Part shown: one piece after another, positions 32,363 to 41,938 of the stretch | Position numbering within the stretch: the first letter of the stretch is position 1 | Layout: each line of letters begins with the position of its first letter | Assembly (NCBI GenBank): GCA_964489525.1 | Contig: CAZAYY010000001.1 | Location: 2,248 to 66,247 of the forward strand | Origin: an uncultured Anaerolineales bacterium | GTDB taxonomy: Bacteria > Chloroflexota > Anaerolineae > Anaerolineales > JABWBV01 | Reading direction: 5' to 3' | DNA length: 64,000 nucleotides | The notes under the pieces: generated by a model | What the model was told of the DNA's origin: nothing | What the model saw: the letters and a program-made list of their open reading frames with translations, nothing else | The model's database searches: none | Program-made: the position numbers and the translations under genes

Positions 32363-34909
32363 ATGTCCATGCGCTTAAGAACCACCAAACTTTTTCACCC
32401 TACACTGACCCGGTATTGGATAGAACGCGAACGTTTGCTGCATCAGCTAACTACAAGCTTGCAAAGTGAACACCTGCTGACCCTGGTTTCCGCACCAGCG
32501 GGTTATGGCAAAAGCACCCTGGTCGGCGCCTGGTTGACAAAGATAGCCTTACCGGCAGCCTGGTTATCTCTCGACGAAATGGATGACGATCCCGGGCGTT
32601 TTCTGCTGTATTTTATTGCTGCCATCCAACGTACCGAACCAGCTTTTTGTACCGAGTTGTTCGCCGCACTTCAGGCCGGGCAGCTGCCAACAGCAGATGT
32701 GCTGGTAACGATTTTTGTGAACGAAATGTCCGGCTGGGCCGATAGGCGCATTTTGGTGCTGGACGATTTTCAATGCATCCAAAACAGCTTCATTCTGGAG
32801 ATTTTAGGCCACCTGCTGGCCCAACAACCGCGTGCGTTGCAACTGGTGATCATCACCCGGGAAGACCCCGCCTTACCTCTGGCGCGCCTGAGGGCGCGCG
32901 GCCAGTTGACCGAAATCCGCGCTGCTGACTTGCGCTTTTCGGAGATTGAAGCGGCCCGACTGCTGCGGGATGGGCTGCGCTTGGAGCTATCAACGGACGA
33001 TGTATCTCGCCTGACAGAGCGTACCGAAGGCTGGGCTGCCGGGTTGCAGTTGGCTGGCTTATCCCTTCAGGGGCACGAGAATCCCGGATCGTTTGTCCAA
33101 ACCTTGAGCGGCAGCCATCGCTTTATCCTGGATTACCTGACGGAAGAAGTGCTCAAGACCCAGCCGTCCGATGTGCAGGATTTTCTACTGAAGACTTCGA
33201 TTTTGCCGCGCATGAGCGGAGATCTGTGCGATGCTGTAACCGGACGCACTGGCAGCGCCAATCTGCTGGAACGCTTGCTGGCGGCAAACCTGTTCATCAT
33301 CCCGCTAGACGACGAGGGGAGTTGGTATCGCTACCACCACCTTTTTGCCGAACTGCTTCAGCACCGCTTAAAGCGTGAGTGCGCAGACTGCCTGTTTGAG
33401 CTGCACCAACGTGCCAGCCAATGGTACGAAAGCCAGGATATGCCCACTGCCAGCATTGAACACGCGTTGGCAGGAGGGGATGAGGCAAGGGTGGCAGCGC
33501 TGCTTGAAAAATTTGGCTGGCGTTTGTTGACACATGGTCACTCACGCCTTTTCCTGAAATGGGCTGTTGCGCTGCCCGATGCCCTGCGCAGCAGCAGCCC
33601 GAAACTCAATCCCGTGATTGTGTGGGGCAAAATCCTGCACGGCGATTACCAGCGAGCCGTCCCCTACCTGTTGGCGGCGCAGTCAACATTGCAAAGCCTG
33701 CCGCCAGGCAGTGTCGAAGCCCGAGCCCTGCACGCCGATCTCCTGGCCTTGCAGTCTTTCATCGTCAAGGCGCAGGGCAAGAACCCCGAGTCCCTGGCGC
33801 TGGCAGAGCAGGCCCGGGCGCTCGCGCCGAGGGATGATGTGCGTCTGGTCGCTTCGACAGCGCTGGCGTTGGGGACGGCGTATCGCACGGTGGGGCGTTT
33901 TTCCGAAGCCATCGAAACGTTGGAAGAAGCCTTGCGCGCCGCTCATGCCATAGACGATCATGTCACGGCAATGGTAGCGATGGCGCACTTAGCTTTGATC
34001 TGGTTTCCGCTGGGTCGTTTGCACCTGCTGGCCGAACGGGCAAAAGCGGTTGTTGAACGGGCCGAAACCCTTTCGCGAATTGCCCCGGCAATGAGCGGTT
34101 CGGTACATGCTGTGCTGGGACAGGTTTATTACGAGTGGAACCAGGTGGAAGAAGCCCGGGAGGCGCTGTTGCATGGCGCTCGGCTGGCAGCTTTAGCCGA
34201 ACAGCCGGCTTCGGTGGTGTATGCCAATGTGCACCTGGCGCGTCTATACCAGGGCCAGGGCAACTTGCAAGCGGCCGCGGAATGCTTGCGCGTGGCTGGT
34301 GAGACGCTGGCAAAAGGAGGCCCGGACTGGGCACGCCCAGATTGGATTGCCCAACAAGCCAGCCTGCTGGTGGCACAGGGCAGCCTGAACGAAACAGAAG
34401 CCGCGTTACGCGCTTCCGGCATAGCAGCAGAGGAACCGGTCAGTTATCGCACGGATGTCATCCACTTGGCCTGGCTGCGCTGGATGATTGCCAGCCACCA
34501 CCCTGCTGCTTTCTCGCTGGCGAAACGGATTGTCCACAGCGCCGAAGCCGAAGGGCGCAGCGGCACGTTGATCCAGGCGTTGGTGCTGGGGTCAAACGTG
34601 GGCGGCGGCGCGGGCTGGTTGGCGCGTGCCCGTCAGCTCGGCGAGCCTGAAGGCTACCAGCGTGTTTTTATGGATGCAGCCAGCGGCCAGCAGCCGGTTG
34701 TTTCTCAAGAATTGATTGAACAACTGACCGAACGCGAGTTGGAAGTGCTGCGCCTGCTGGCTCAAGGGCTGACTTACGCCCAGATAGCCGGGCGGTTGGT
34801 GGTCAGCGTCAACACGGTGCGCTATCATGTTAAGGGCGTATATGCCAAGTTGGGGGTGGAGAAGCAGACCCAGGCCATTGAGCGTGGGCGGGCGTTGGGG
34901 CTGATTTAA
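32363..34909 (+). CDS. MalT/LAL-type large ATP-binding LuxR-family transcriptional regulator
   Basis: The Walker A is VSAPAGYGKSTL. A long helical/TPR-like middle region follows. The C-terminal LuxR HTH reads LTERELEVLRLLAQGLTYAQIAGRLVVSVNTVRYHVKGVYAKLGV. I chose the ATG at 32363 (MSMRLRTTKLFHP); the track ORF opens at 32297. A TATAAT at 32351-32356 lies 6 nt before this ATG. Confidence 0.85.
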   Translation: MSMRLRTTKLFHPTLTRYWIERERLLHQLTTSLQSEHLLTLVSAPAGYGKSTLVGAWLTKIALPAAWLSLDEMDDDPGRFLLYFIAAIQRTEPAFCTELFAALQAGQLPTADVLVTIFVNEMSGWADRRILVLDDFQCIQNSFILEILGHLLAQQPRALQLVIITREDPALPLARLRARGQLTEIRAADLRFSEIEAARLLRDGLRLELSTDDVSRLTERTEGWAAGLQLAGLSLQGHENPGSFVQTLSGSHRFILDYLTEEVLKTQPSDVQDFLLKTSILPRMSGDLCDAVTGRTGSANLLERLLAANLFIIPLDDEGSWYRYHHLFAELLQHRLKRECADCLFELHQRASQWYESQDMPTASIEHALAGGDEARVAALLEKFGWRLLTHGHSRLFLKWAVALPDALRSSSPKLNPVIVWGKILHGDYQRAVPYLLAAQSTLQSLPPGSVEARALHADLLALQSFIVKAQGKNPESLALAEQARALAPRDDVRLVASTALALGTAYRTVGRFSEAIETLEEALRAAHAIDDHVTAMVAMAHLALIWFPLGRLHLLAERAKAVVERAETLSRIAPAMSGSVHAVLGQVYYEWNQVEEAREALLHGARLAALAEQPASVVYANVHLARLYQGQGNLQAAAECLRVAGETLAKGGPDWARPDWIAQQASLLVAQGSLNETEAALRASGIAAEEPVSYRTDVIHLAWLRWMIASHHPAAFSLAKRIVHSAEAEGRSGTLIQALVLGSNVGGGAGWLARARQLGEPEGYQRVFMDAASGQQPVVSQELIEQLTERELEVLRLLAQGLTYAQIAGRLVVSVNTVRYHVKGVYAKLGVEKQTQAIERGRALGLI

Positions 34910-34932
34910 TCCAAAACCACATCTTTTTGCTG

Positions 34933-34965
34933 AAACGGACTACATCTTTATGTAGTCCGTTTTTG
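34933..34965 (+). terminator. Rho-independent terminator after the LAL regulator
   Basis: A perfect 13-bp stem, AAACGGACTACAT / ATGTAGTCCGTTT, with a CTTT loop runs into a T-tract. Confidence 0.85.
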
Positions 34966-35007
34966 TTAGTTGGGTTGTACACTTAGGCTTGAATCAGGAG
35001 AAAGTTG

Positions 35008-35241
35008 ATGATCACAACAGCCGATCCAAACACCTATACACTAAAATTCTCCGGCGCGCCGGACGATGATTTTCTGGCCGGCTACTGCCCTGAAGGCACC
35101 CGTCTGGTTGTCGAAAGGAACACCTTTACCCTTTCCAACCTGCGCACCGACCAGGCTGGCGTCTTGGGAATCATCCGCAGCCTGCACAATCTGGGCTATG
35201 TACTCCTATCCTTATCTACTGAACCAGGAGATCATTCATGA
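35008..35241 (+). CDS. small conserved-looking hypothetical protein
   Basis: 77 aa with a GGAG 8 nt upstream. The C-terminal DQAGVLGIIRSLHNLGYVLLSL resembles a recurrent small-protein motif (DQAAL.G.L..L..LG..L.S). Its stop overlaps the next start (ATGA). Confidence 0.45.
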   Translation: MITTADPNTYTLKFSGAPDDDFLAGYCPEGTRLVVERNTFTLSNLRTDQAGVLGIIRSLHNLGYVLLSLSTEPGDHS

Positions 35242-35741
35242 ATAAACGATTTCTTATCACCTATGCCACTCGGGCTGGTTCCACGCCAGAGATTGCTGCA
35301 GCCATCGGCGAAACACTTGCGGTGCGCGGTTTCAAGGTGGACGTCAAACCCGTCAAGGTTAAACCAGATCTCAGCGGCTATGACGCTGTCATCCTGGGCA
35401 GTGCCATCCGAGTGGGCAACTGGCTGCCTGAGATGGTGGATTACATCAAAGCCAACCACGCTGCGCTCCAGGCGCTTCCGGTCGCCATTTTCACCGTCCA
35501 CATGCTCAACCTGGGCGAGGATGAAATCAGCCGCGCCGCGCGTACCACCTATACTGCGCCCATTCGCCAAATAATTAACCCCACAGATGAAGCCTTTTTT
35601 GCTGGCAAAATAGACTATGCCACACTCTCGTTTCTTGACCGGTTGATGACGATGGCTGTCCAAAAGCAGACTGGCGCCGCCATCGGAGACAAGCGAGATT
35701 GGAATAAAATTCACGCCTGGGCAGAAAAGGCGTTGGGATGA
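35238..35741 (+). CDS. flavodoxin-domain protein (HemG/flavodoxin_5-like)
   Basis: The N-terminus FLITYATRAGSTPEIAAAIGETL...YDAVILGSAIRVGNWLPEM fits the flavodoxin-like family. Confidence 0.65.
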   Translation: MNKRFLITYATRAGSTPEIAAAIGETLAVRGFKVDVKPVKVKPDLSGYDAVILGSAIRVGNWLPEMVDYIKANHAALQALPVAIFTVHMLNLGEDEISRAARTTYTAPIRQIINPTDEAFFAGKIDYATLSFLDRLMTMAVQKQTGAAIGDKRDWNKIHAWAEKALG

Positions 35742-35771
35742 TGCCAGACTTCTTTAGAAAGGAAAAATTTC

Positions 35772-36698
35772 ATGAAAACCCATCATCGCCCATTTATATA
35801 CGAGAGCTCAGATTTTAAACACATGTGTGCCCTGCTTGTGCGCGACAACGCCAGCAAGCGAGACTCGTTTGTCTGGCACGTTGCCCGGTTGGTAGACTGG
35901 AAATACAACTTGTTTAACTTCAAACGGTGTTTCCCCGGTAATTATGCGAGTGCGGCGCATCTGTGGTTCAACTTTTATGATGAACTGATCGGGTTTGTGA
36001 TTTCTGAAGAGTTCAACGAACAGTTCGACATCATTGTGCTGGAAGAATACGAGTACTTGTACCCCGAAATGCTTGCCTGGGCTCAGGTTGAATGGGGGCC
36101 GCAGTACCGTCACCTGCTCACCAGCGCCGCAGATGTGCACGAAAAACGCATTTTTGCGCTCGAGCAGGCTGGTTATCAACGCACCGGCGATGTGGAGATG
36201 ACCCGCATTTTCGATACTGCGTATTTTCGTGATGTGCCCTACCCGGCTGCGCCGCTGCGCTTTGAGAGCATGGCAGAAAACAAAAATTATGCCAACCAGG
36301 CCATCTTGCGGCGCAGCGCCTGGCCCAATCATCGCTACGACCCGCAGACAGATGAGGCCATTCGCGTGTACATTCGCACCAGTCCAATCTACGATGCCCG
36401 CTTTGATTTTGTGCTGGTGGATGAATCTGGCACCCATGTATCCGGTTGTGAAGCGTTTATTGATTATGCTAACAACACGGCAGAAATCGAGCGTGTTTGC
36501 ACACACGCTGAACATCATAATAAAGGCTATTCAAAGATGACGCTCCGCGCCTGCCTGCGCGTGCTGCATGAAAATCATATCGGCACGGCCTATATTTCGG
36601 GCGGCTACGACAAAACCATCCACCTTTATGGCGCGTTGGGGCACATCAACGAGTTTGCCACCCTTTTTTACAGGTTGGATTTAGGAGAATCAAAATGA
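35772..36698 (+). CDS. hypothetical protein with a GNAT-like C-terminal acetyltransferase fold
   Basis: The segment VDESGTHVSGCEAFIDYANNTAEIERVCTHAEHHNKGYSKMTLRACL resembles the GNAT motif A region. The assignment is weak. Confidence 0.4.
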   Translation: MKTHHRPFIYESSDFKHMCALLVRDNASKRDSFVWHVARLVDWKYNLFNFKRCFPGNYASAAHLWFNFYDELIGFVISEEFNEQFDIIVLEEYEYLYPEMLAWAQVEWGPQYRHLLTSAADVHEKRIFALEQAGYQRTGDVEMTRIFDTAYFRDVPYPAAPLRFESMAENKNYANQAILRRSAWPNHRYDPQTDEAIRVYIRTSPIYDARFDFVLVDESGTHVSGCEAFIDYANNTAEIERVCTHAEHHNKGYSKMTLRACLRVLHENHIGTAYISGGYDKTIHLYGALGHINEFATLFYRLDLGESK

Positions 36699-37576
36699 AC
36701 CCTGTCTTAAAATGGCTTATCCCTCTAATTTTTATCCTGGCCCTCATCACTGCTGGCGCAGGATTGTTTATTCGAGGCGGATCAGGCCCTTATGCATTCC
36801 AGACTGTGCGCGGGCAGCAGGTACAGATGTATGGGCGCGGCATTTATGCAAACGATTCGCTGTTCAGCGGCGCTGCCTTTCGCGGTACCGATTTCGTCAC
36901 TTTATTGGTTGTGCTGCCGTTATTATTGTCATGTTACTCTTTATCTTTGCGCGGTTCCCAGAATGCGCAAATTGCCCAGATTGGCATATTGTTTTATTGC
37001 CTGTATATCGGCGCTTCAATGGCCTTCGGGGCAGCCTTCAATGCGATGTTCCTTTTTTACACGGCGCTGTTTTCATCCAGTCTGTTTGCGGTCATTACCG
37101 CTCTGGCGACATTCAACTTGCAAACGCTCACGGTGCGCATTAAGCCTGGATTTCCGCATCGCAACCTGGTAATTTTTAACTTTGTCGCAGGCTTTGGCAC
37201 TTTATTCATCTGGTTGAGCGATATCATTGCGCCGCTAATGAATGGCAGTGTGCCCGAGTTGCTTGGACCTTACACCACCATGTTCACACATAGTTTTGAC
37301 TCAGCAGTCATTACCCCAGCGGCAGTAAGCACTGCGGTTTTTCTCTTGCAGCGCAAATCGCTTGGACATTTGTTGGCTGCGCCAATGCTCATTCTGTGTA
37401 CCTTGATTGGGGTTGTGGTTATTGGCCAAACCATCAGCCAAACCCTGGAGGGAATTACTTTCCCGATGGGTGTTTATATAGGCATGATAGGCTCGTGGCT
37501 TGTCATGGGTGCATTTGCCATCGGCCTGACCATATCTTTCTTTCGCAGCCTTAACAAGGAAAATAATATCCCATGA
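36695..37576 (+). CDS. polytopic membrane protein of unknown function (paralogue A)
   Basis: 293 aa with about 7-8 hydrophobic spans. The N-terminus MNPVLKWLIPLIFILALITAGAGLF...VRGQQVQMYGRGIYANDSLF parallels the next gene. The start overlaps the upstream stop (ATGA). Confidence 0.6.
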   Translation: MNPVLKWLIPLIFILALITAGAGLFIRGGSGPYAFQTVRGQQVQMYGRGIYANDSLFSGAAFRGTDFVTLLVVLPLLLSCYSLSLRGSQNAQIAQIGILFYCLYIGASMAFGAAFNAMFLFYTALFSSSLFAVITALATFNLQTLTVRIKPGFPHRNLVIFNFVAGFGTLFIWLSDIIAPLMNGSVPELLGPYTTMFTHSFDSAVITPAAVSTAVFLLQRKSLGHLLAAPMLILCTLIGVVVIGQTISQTLEGITFPMGVYIGMIGSWLVMGAFAIGLTISFFRSLNKENNIP

Positions 37577-38427
37577 AACACCAAAATGTGCTCCAATGGC
37601 TCATCCCCCTGATTTTTATTCTGGCCCTGTTCGCCGCGCTGGCGGGCGTGTGGCCCGCCACGGGTACGCCTTACCCGCTGACCACCTTCCGCGGGGAAGA
37701 GGTGACCATCAACGCCCGCGGGCTGTATTACTGGGACACGGTCAGTTCCGCTGCCCAGATGCAAGCCAATGACCTGGTGACCCTCATCCTCGGTCTTCCC
37801 CTGCTGGCGATTTCCTTTTGGTTAGCGCTGCGCGGCTCCCTGCGTGGACGGCTGCTCCTGGCGGGTACGCTCGGCTTCATCCTGTACACCTACATTACCA
37901 TGATGGTGGGGGCGCACTACAACGCCCTCTTCCTGGTCTATGTCGCCCTGTTCAGCCTGAGCCTGTTCGCCCTGGTGCTGGTGCTGATATCTATTGATCT
38001 GGCGACTCTGCCAGCGCACTTCTCCGAAAAACTGCCGCGCCGCTGGGTTGCAGGACTGCTCTTCTTTGCCGCCGCTTTTCTCTCGTTTGCCTGGTTGGGG
38101 CGCATCGCTTCCACGTTCTCCCCGGGAGCCGTCCCAGCGCTGGAAAACACCACCAGCCTGTTCATCCAGGCCATGGACCTGGGGTTGATCGTCCCAGTTT
38201 GTATCCTTTCGGGTATCCTGCTCTTGCGCCGCCACGCCTGGGGCTACCTGCTGGCTTCGGTTGGGCTGACCAAGTTTCTCACCCTCGGCATCGCCGTCAG
38301 CCTGATGGGGCTGAACATGGCCCGGGTCGGCGTGCCGGTCAGTGTGGTTGAGTTGGTCATCTTCCCTGGCATGGCATTGGCCGGGGTGGTGATGACGGTT
38401 ATTTTGTTGAAAAACGTCAGAGAATAG
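37573..38427 (+). CDS. polytopic membrane protein of unknown function (paralogue B)
   Basis: 284 aa. The N-terminus MKHQNVLQWLIPLIFILALFAALAGVW...FRGEEVTINARGLYYWDTV is collinear with paralogue A. There is an ATGA overlap with paralogue A. Confidence 0.6.
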   Translation: MKHQNVLQWLIPLIFILALFAALAGVWPATGTPYPLTTFRGEEVTINARGLYYWDTVSSAAQMQANDLVTLILGLPLLAISFWLALRGSLRGRLLLAGTLGFILYTYITMMVGAHYNALFLVYVALFSLSLFALVLVLISIDLATLPAHFSEKLPRRWVAGLLFFAAAFLSFAWLGRIASTFSPGAVPALENTTSLFIQAMDLGLIVPVCILSGILLLRRHAWGYLLASVGLTKFLTLGIAVSLMGLNMARVGVPVSVVELVIFPGMALAGVVMTVILLKNVRE

Positions 38428-38474
38428 TACAATGAAACAACGGTATTGGCAAATAACCAAAGGATTATGACCCT

Positions 38475-39026
38475 ATGGCAAACAAACCCACCATTTCATC
38501 TCCCAGGTTAATCCTGCGCGCCTTTTGTCCCACTGACGACGAAGATTTGCATTCCTATCTCTCAGATGAGCAGATTTACCAGTTCGAACCGGGAGAGCCA
38601 ATTGACCTGGCCCAGGCCCGCACGATGGCGCAGGATCTCGCTGCATCACCCAATTTTTGGGCGGTTGAACTGCAAGAAACCCACAAAGTTATCGGGCAGA
38701 TCTATTTCAAGCACATTGAGCCGCAGCACCTGATGACCTGGGAATTGGGCTACATCCTCAACCCGCAGTATCAGCGGCAAGGTTATATGTCGGAAGCTGT
38801 GGCAGCGTTGGTGCGCTATGGGTTTACCCAGGCCGCTATCCATCGCGTGGTGGCTCACTGCAACCCAAAAAACGTCGCATCTTGGAAACTGTTGGAAAGA
38901 GTTGGCTTTCAGAGGGAAGGATTGCTGCGCCAAAACATCTTCTTTCGGCAGAATGCGCAAGGTCAGCCTTTGTGGACTGACACATTTCTCTATGCCATGC
39001 TGTCAGCGGATGCTAAACTTGTTTAG
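38475..39026 (+). CDS. GNAT-family N-acetyltransferase (RimJ/RimL-like)
   Basis: The N-terminus PRLILRAFCPTDDEDLHSYLSD is typical of the family. A motif-A-like segment reads YQRQGYMSEAVAALVRYGF. The segment HRVVAHCNPKNVASWKLLERVGF is also present. Confidence 0.8.
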   Translation: MANKPTISSPRLILRAFCPTDDEDLHSYLSDEQIYQFEPGEPIDLAQARTMAQDLAASPNFWAVELQETHKVIGQIYFKHIEPQHLMTWELGYILNPQYQRQGYMSEAVAALVRYGFTQAAIHRVVAHCNPKNVASWKLLERVGFQREGLLRQNIFFRQNAQGQPLWTDTFLYAMLSADAKLV

Positions 39027-39249
39027 CCGCCCTGCAATTTTCTCCATAATATCCACTTTTACCGCTTCTGAACGCCTGATGCTCCAGGTATTGGTGTATG
39101 ATTTTGACATGGAGAACACACACCAGTTGGAAAATGTACTCCAAAAAAGAGATATGCTTTAGAATATATTAAAATATCCGATGGACATCCCTGTGGCAAG
39201 GGCGCAGCAAAATGGATGACATGCTGTGCTTTTGCTTGGCCTATGAGAG

Positions 39250-40467
39250 ATGATCACCGCAAAGGAATCACACACAATGACAACAGCTTCAATCCCCAAT
39301 ACCCTGCAGCCGGTGAAAAAAGCCGAGCGCATCCAGATCCTCGACATTTTGCGTGGCTTTGCCGTGTTTGGCATCCTGGCCGTCAATATTGGCGGGTTTG
39401 CCAGCCCGGCTTTTTACCCTGGTTATCTCCCGCCTGAAAACCTGCCCTGGTACGATGAGATTGCCGAAATGCTCATGCTCTTTTTTGCCGAGGGCAAGTT
39501 CTACACCATTTTCTCCTTTCTGTTTGGGCTGGGTTTTTCGGTACAACTGGCGCGTGCAGAGGCCAAAGGCAAGGATGTGCGCTCGTTCTACCCGCGCCGC
39601 CTGTGGGTCTTGTTGGGGCTGGGGTTGCTGCACACCGTTCTTTTTTGGATTGGCGACATCCTGCGCATGTATGCCCTGCTTGGATTTGCCCTGCTGGCTT
39701 TTCGGCGCCGCTCCGACCGCACGTTGGTCACCTGGGCGGGGATTTTCTTCGCCCTGGGATTCGTCATCCTGGCGCTGATTGGTGGGCCTGCCGGCGGCGG
39801 GAAGGTTGAAGGTATGCCCATGGATGTAGTAGCCATGGCCCGCCAGGCTTTCACAAGCGATTCTTTCTTTACGGTGGTCATCTTCCAGGTTTTTTCCGGC
39901 GTGATTTCGTTCATCATCATCGCCCTGACCCAGGGCGCCACCGTGATGGCGCTTTTCTTGCTCGGCCTGCTGGTGGGACGGATGAAATTCTTTGAACAAC
40001 TTCCAGAGCAGCGGAACCTGCTTAAGAAAATTGCCCTGTGGGGGCTGCTCATCGGTTTGGCGTTCAACGCGCTATTTGTCTTTACCGAAAATCCATGGTG
40101 GACAAGTTTGGGCTTTATCATTGGCGCTCCGGCGCTGGCGGCAGTGTATATCAGTGGGTTGTCCTTGATTTCGTTGAAGGAGCGCGGCGCAAAACTGTTG
40201 GCACCGATCGGCCAGGTGGGCCGCATGGCGCTCAGCAACTACGTGCTGCAATCGGTGATTTGCTCGCTGATTTTCAATGGCTACGGACTGGGCTTGTTCG
40301 AAAAAGTCGGTGCGGCGTGGTTGTGGGGCATCACCTTTGCGATTTACCTGGTTCAAATTCCACTCAGCGTTTGGTGGCTAAGCCGCTTCCAGTTTGGCCC
40401 GCTCGAATGGGTGTGGCGTTCGCTGACTTATGGAAAAAGACAGCCGTTTGTGTTGGAGAAAGGCTGA
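39250..40467 (+). CDS. DUF418 (YeiB-like) membrane protein
   Basis: The N-terminal ERIQILDILRGFAVFGILAVNI and the C-terminal FGPLEWVWRSLTYGKRQP are hallmark ends of the DUF418/YeiB family. The true start may be the ATG at 39277. Confidence 0.75.
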   Translation: MITAKESHTMTTASIPNTLQPVKKAERIQILDILRGFAVFGILAVNIGGFASPAFYPGYLPPENLPWYDEIAEMLMLFFAEGKFYTIFSFLFGLGFSVQLARAEAKGKDVRSFYPRRLWVLLGLGLLHTVLFWIGDILRMYALLGFALLAFRRRSDRTLVTWAGIFFALGFVILALIGGPAGGGKVEGMPMDVVAMARQAFTSDSFFTVVIFQVFSGVISFIIIALTQGATVMALFLLGLLVGRMKFFEQLPEQRNLLKKIALWGLLIGLAFNALFVFTENPWWTSLGFIIGAPALAAVYISGLSLISLKERGAKLLAPIGQVGRMALSNYVLQSVICSLIFNGYGLGLFEKVGAAWLWGITFAIYLVQIPLSVWWLSRFQFGPLEWVWRSLTYGKRQPFVLEKG

Positions 40468-40525
40468 AAAAGCGCGCGGCCAGGCCTCGGCAGCAGGTTG
40501 TTGGAGACCGATATAGGAGTGAGGG

Positions 40526-41767
40526 ATGAAAACCATCTTGTTTGCCCCCGAAACCATTAACATTGCTGAAACCACGCGCATGATCGAGATCGCCAAAGCT
40601 TGCTGCGGTCAGTTTCATTGTGTCTTTTTCGGCTATAGTGACAAATTTTCTGGCCTGATCGAACAGGCCGGTTTTGAATTTCGACGCATGCAGCCCTGGT
40701 TGACGGATGAGAAAATCGAGCATTTGTGGAAAGTTGACAGGATGGAATCGTTTGAAGACCCTTTCTTGGAGGAAGAACTTCGACAGCGCGTGGAGAGCGA
40801 ACTGGCGCTCTATGCCGAATTGAATCCGGCGGCGCTGGTGATAGGCTTCACGCTGAGTACCGTTATCTCTGCCCGCGCTGCTCAATTGCCGTTGGTGTAC
40901 GTGATTCCCTTTCCGCTCTCCCGCCCGTTCCTCGAAGCAAACCTGAGCACCTGGCCCGACGCATTTGATCTGTCTGCGTTGCGCTGGATCCCCCAACGTT
41001 GGCTGGATACTATCGCCAATCGTTGGCTTTTAAGCACCAGGTTGTGGATCAAACCCTTTACCCGCTTGGCAAAAACCTATGGAATTCGCCCCATCCGCCG
41101 CCTGGTAGACATTTACGAGGGCGATTACACTTTAGTCACCGACATCCCCGAACTGACCGGGGTTACTAAACTGCCTGAAAACTGGTATTACATCGGCCCG
41201 ATTTTTGCCCATCTGGACGGAGAAATTCCGCCAGAAATCCTGGCTCTGCCGCGGGAAAAACCGCTGATCTACTGTGCCATGGGTAGTTCAGCCAATCGCG
41301 ATATTCTAAAAACCGTGCTGGAGAGTTTTTCAGGTGCGCCTTACACAGTCATCGCCCCGGTGAAAGCGCACTTGAAAGATGGCGCAGTGCGTGTCCCAGA
41401 GAATGTCCATATCTTTGACTGGCTACCAGCCCACAAAGTAAATCCATTGGCAGATCTTGCGGTAATTCACGGTGGGCAAGGCACGGTGCAAACAGCTTGT
41501 GCATCTGGAACACCGTTTGTGGGCATAGGCTTGCAGCCCGAACAGGAAAGCAATATTGAATTTGTGGTAAAGTTCGGCAGCGCTGTTCGCATTCGAAAAC
41601 GCCGCCTGACACAAAAAACACTCTTAAACAGTCTCGAACAGCTCATCAACGACCAGCATGCAAAAGATTTAGCTGTGCGTCTGAAGACCATTCTTACTGC
41701 ATGGGATGGCACCCAACACGCTGCTGATTTCCTGATCGAAAGGTTTCATGAGCGGTCACTTTTGTAA
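40526..41767 (+). CDS. GT1-family (MGT/UDP-glycosyltransferase-like) glycosyltransferase
   Basis: The C-terminal nucleotide-sugar motif reads VIHGGQGTVQTACASGTPFVGIGLQPEQESN. The size (413 aa) and two-lobe layout fit GT1. Confidence 0.7.
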   Translation: MKTILFAPETINIAETTRMIEIAKACCGQFHCVFFGYSDKFSGLIEQAGFEFRRMQPWLTDEKIEHLWKVDRMESFEDPFLEEELRQRVESELALYAELNPAALVIGFTLSTVISARAAQLPLVYVIPFPLSRPFLEANLSTWPDAFDLSALRWIPQRWLDTIANRWLLSTRLWIKPFTRLAKTYGIRPIRRLVDIYEGDYTLVTDIPELTGVTKLPENWYYIGPIFAHLDGEIPPEILALPREKPLIYCAMGSSANRDILKTVLESFSGAPYTVIAPVKAHLKDGAVRVPENVHIFDWLPAHKVNPLADLAVIHGGQGTVQTACASGTPFVGIGLQPEQESNIEFVVKFGSAVRIRKRRLTQKTLLNSLEQLINDQHAKDLAVRLKTILTAWDGTQHAADFLIERFHERSLL

Positions 41768-41874
41768 GCCAGCAGGTAAACCAGCGCACCAATCGAACCA
41801 GTGGCCAGGGTGAGCAGCAGCCAGGGCCAGGGGTTGCGCCCGGCAGCTTTGGCATCCTGCCACATTTCTGCCAT
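41746..41874 (-). CDS. possible 42-aa membrane peptide (PLDc_N-like), not in the ORF track
   Basis: My own translation gives MAEMWQDAKAAGRNPWPWLLLTLATGSIGALVYLLAYKSDRS. It lies divergent from marR and overlaps the 3' end of the GT1 gene by 22 nt. It has no clear SD sequence. Confidence 0.35.
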   Translation of the reverse strand: MAEMWQDAKAAGRNPWPWLLLTLATGSIGALVYLLAYKSDRS

Positions 41875-41894
41875 TGACAGGGGCGAAATTCAGG

Positions 41895-41924
41895 CATATA
41901 GTTTATGCATCAACCATATTGGTT
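41895..41924. promoter_or_regulatory. candidate MarR operator (site A)
   Basis: The sequence is CATATAGTTTATGCATCAACCATATTGGTT. It contains AACCA-tat-TGGTT inverted arms and shares the words ATAGTTTAT and TCAACCAT with site B. Confidence 0.4.
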
Positions 41925-41938
41925 TTTGGGAGCATTCT

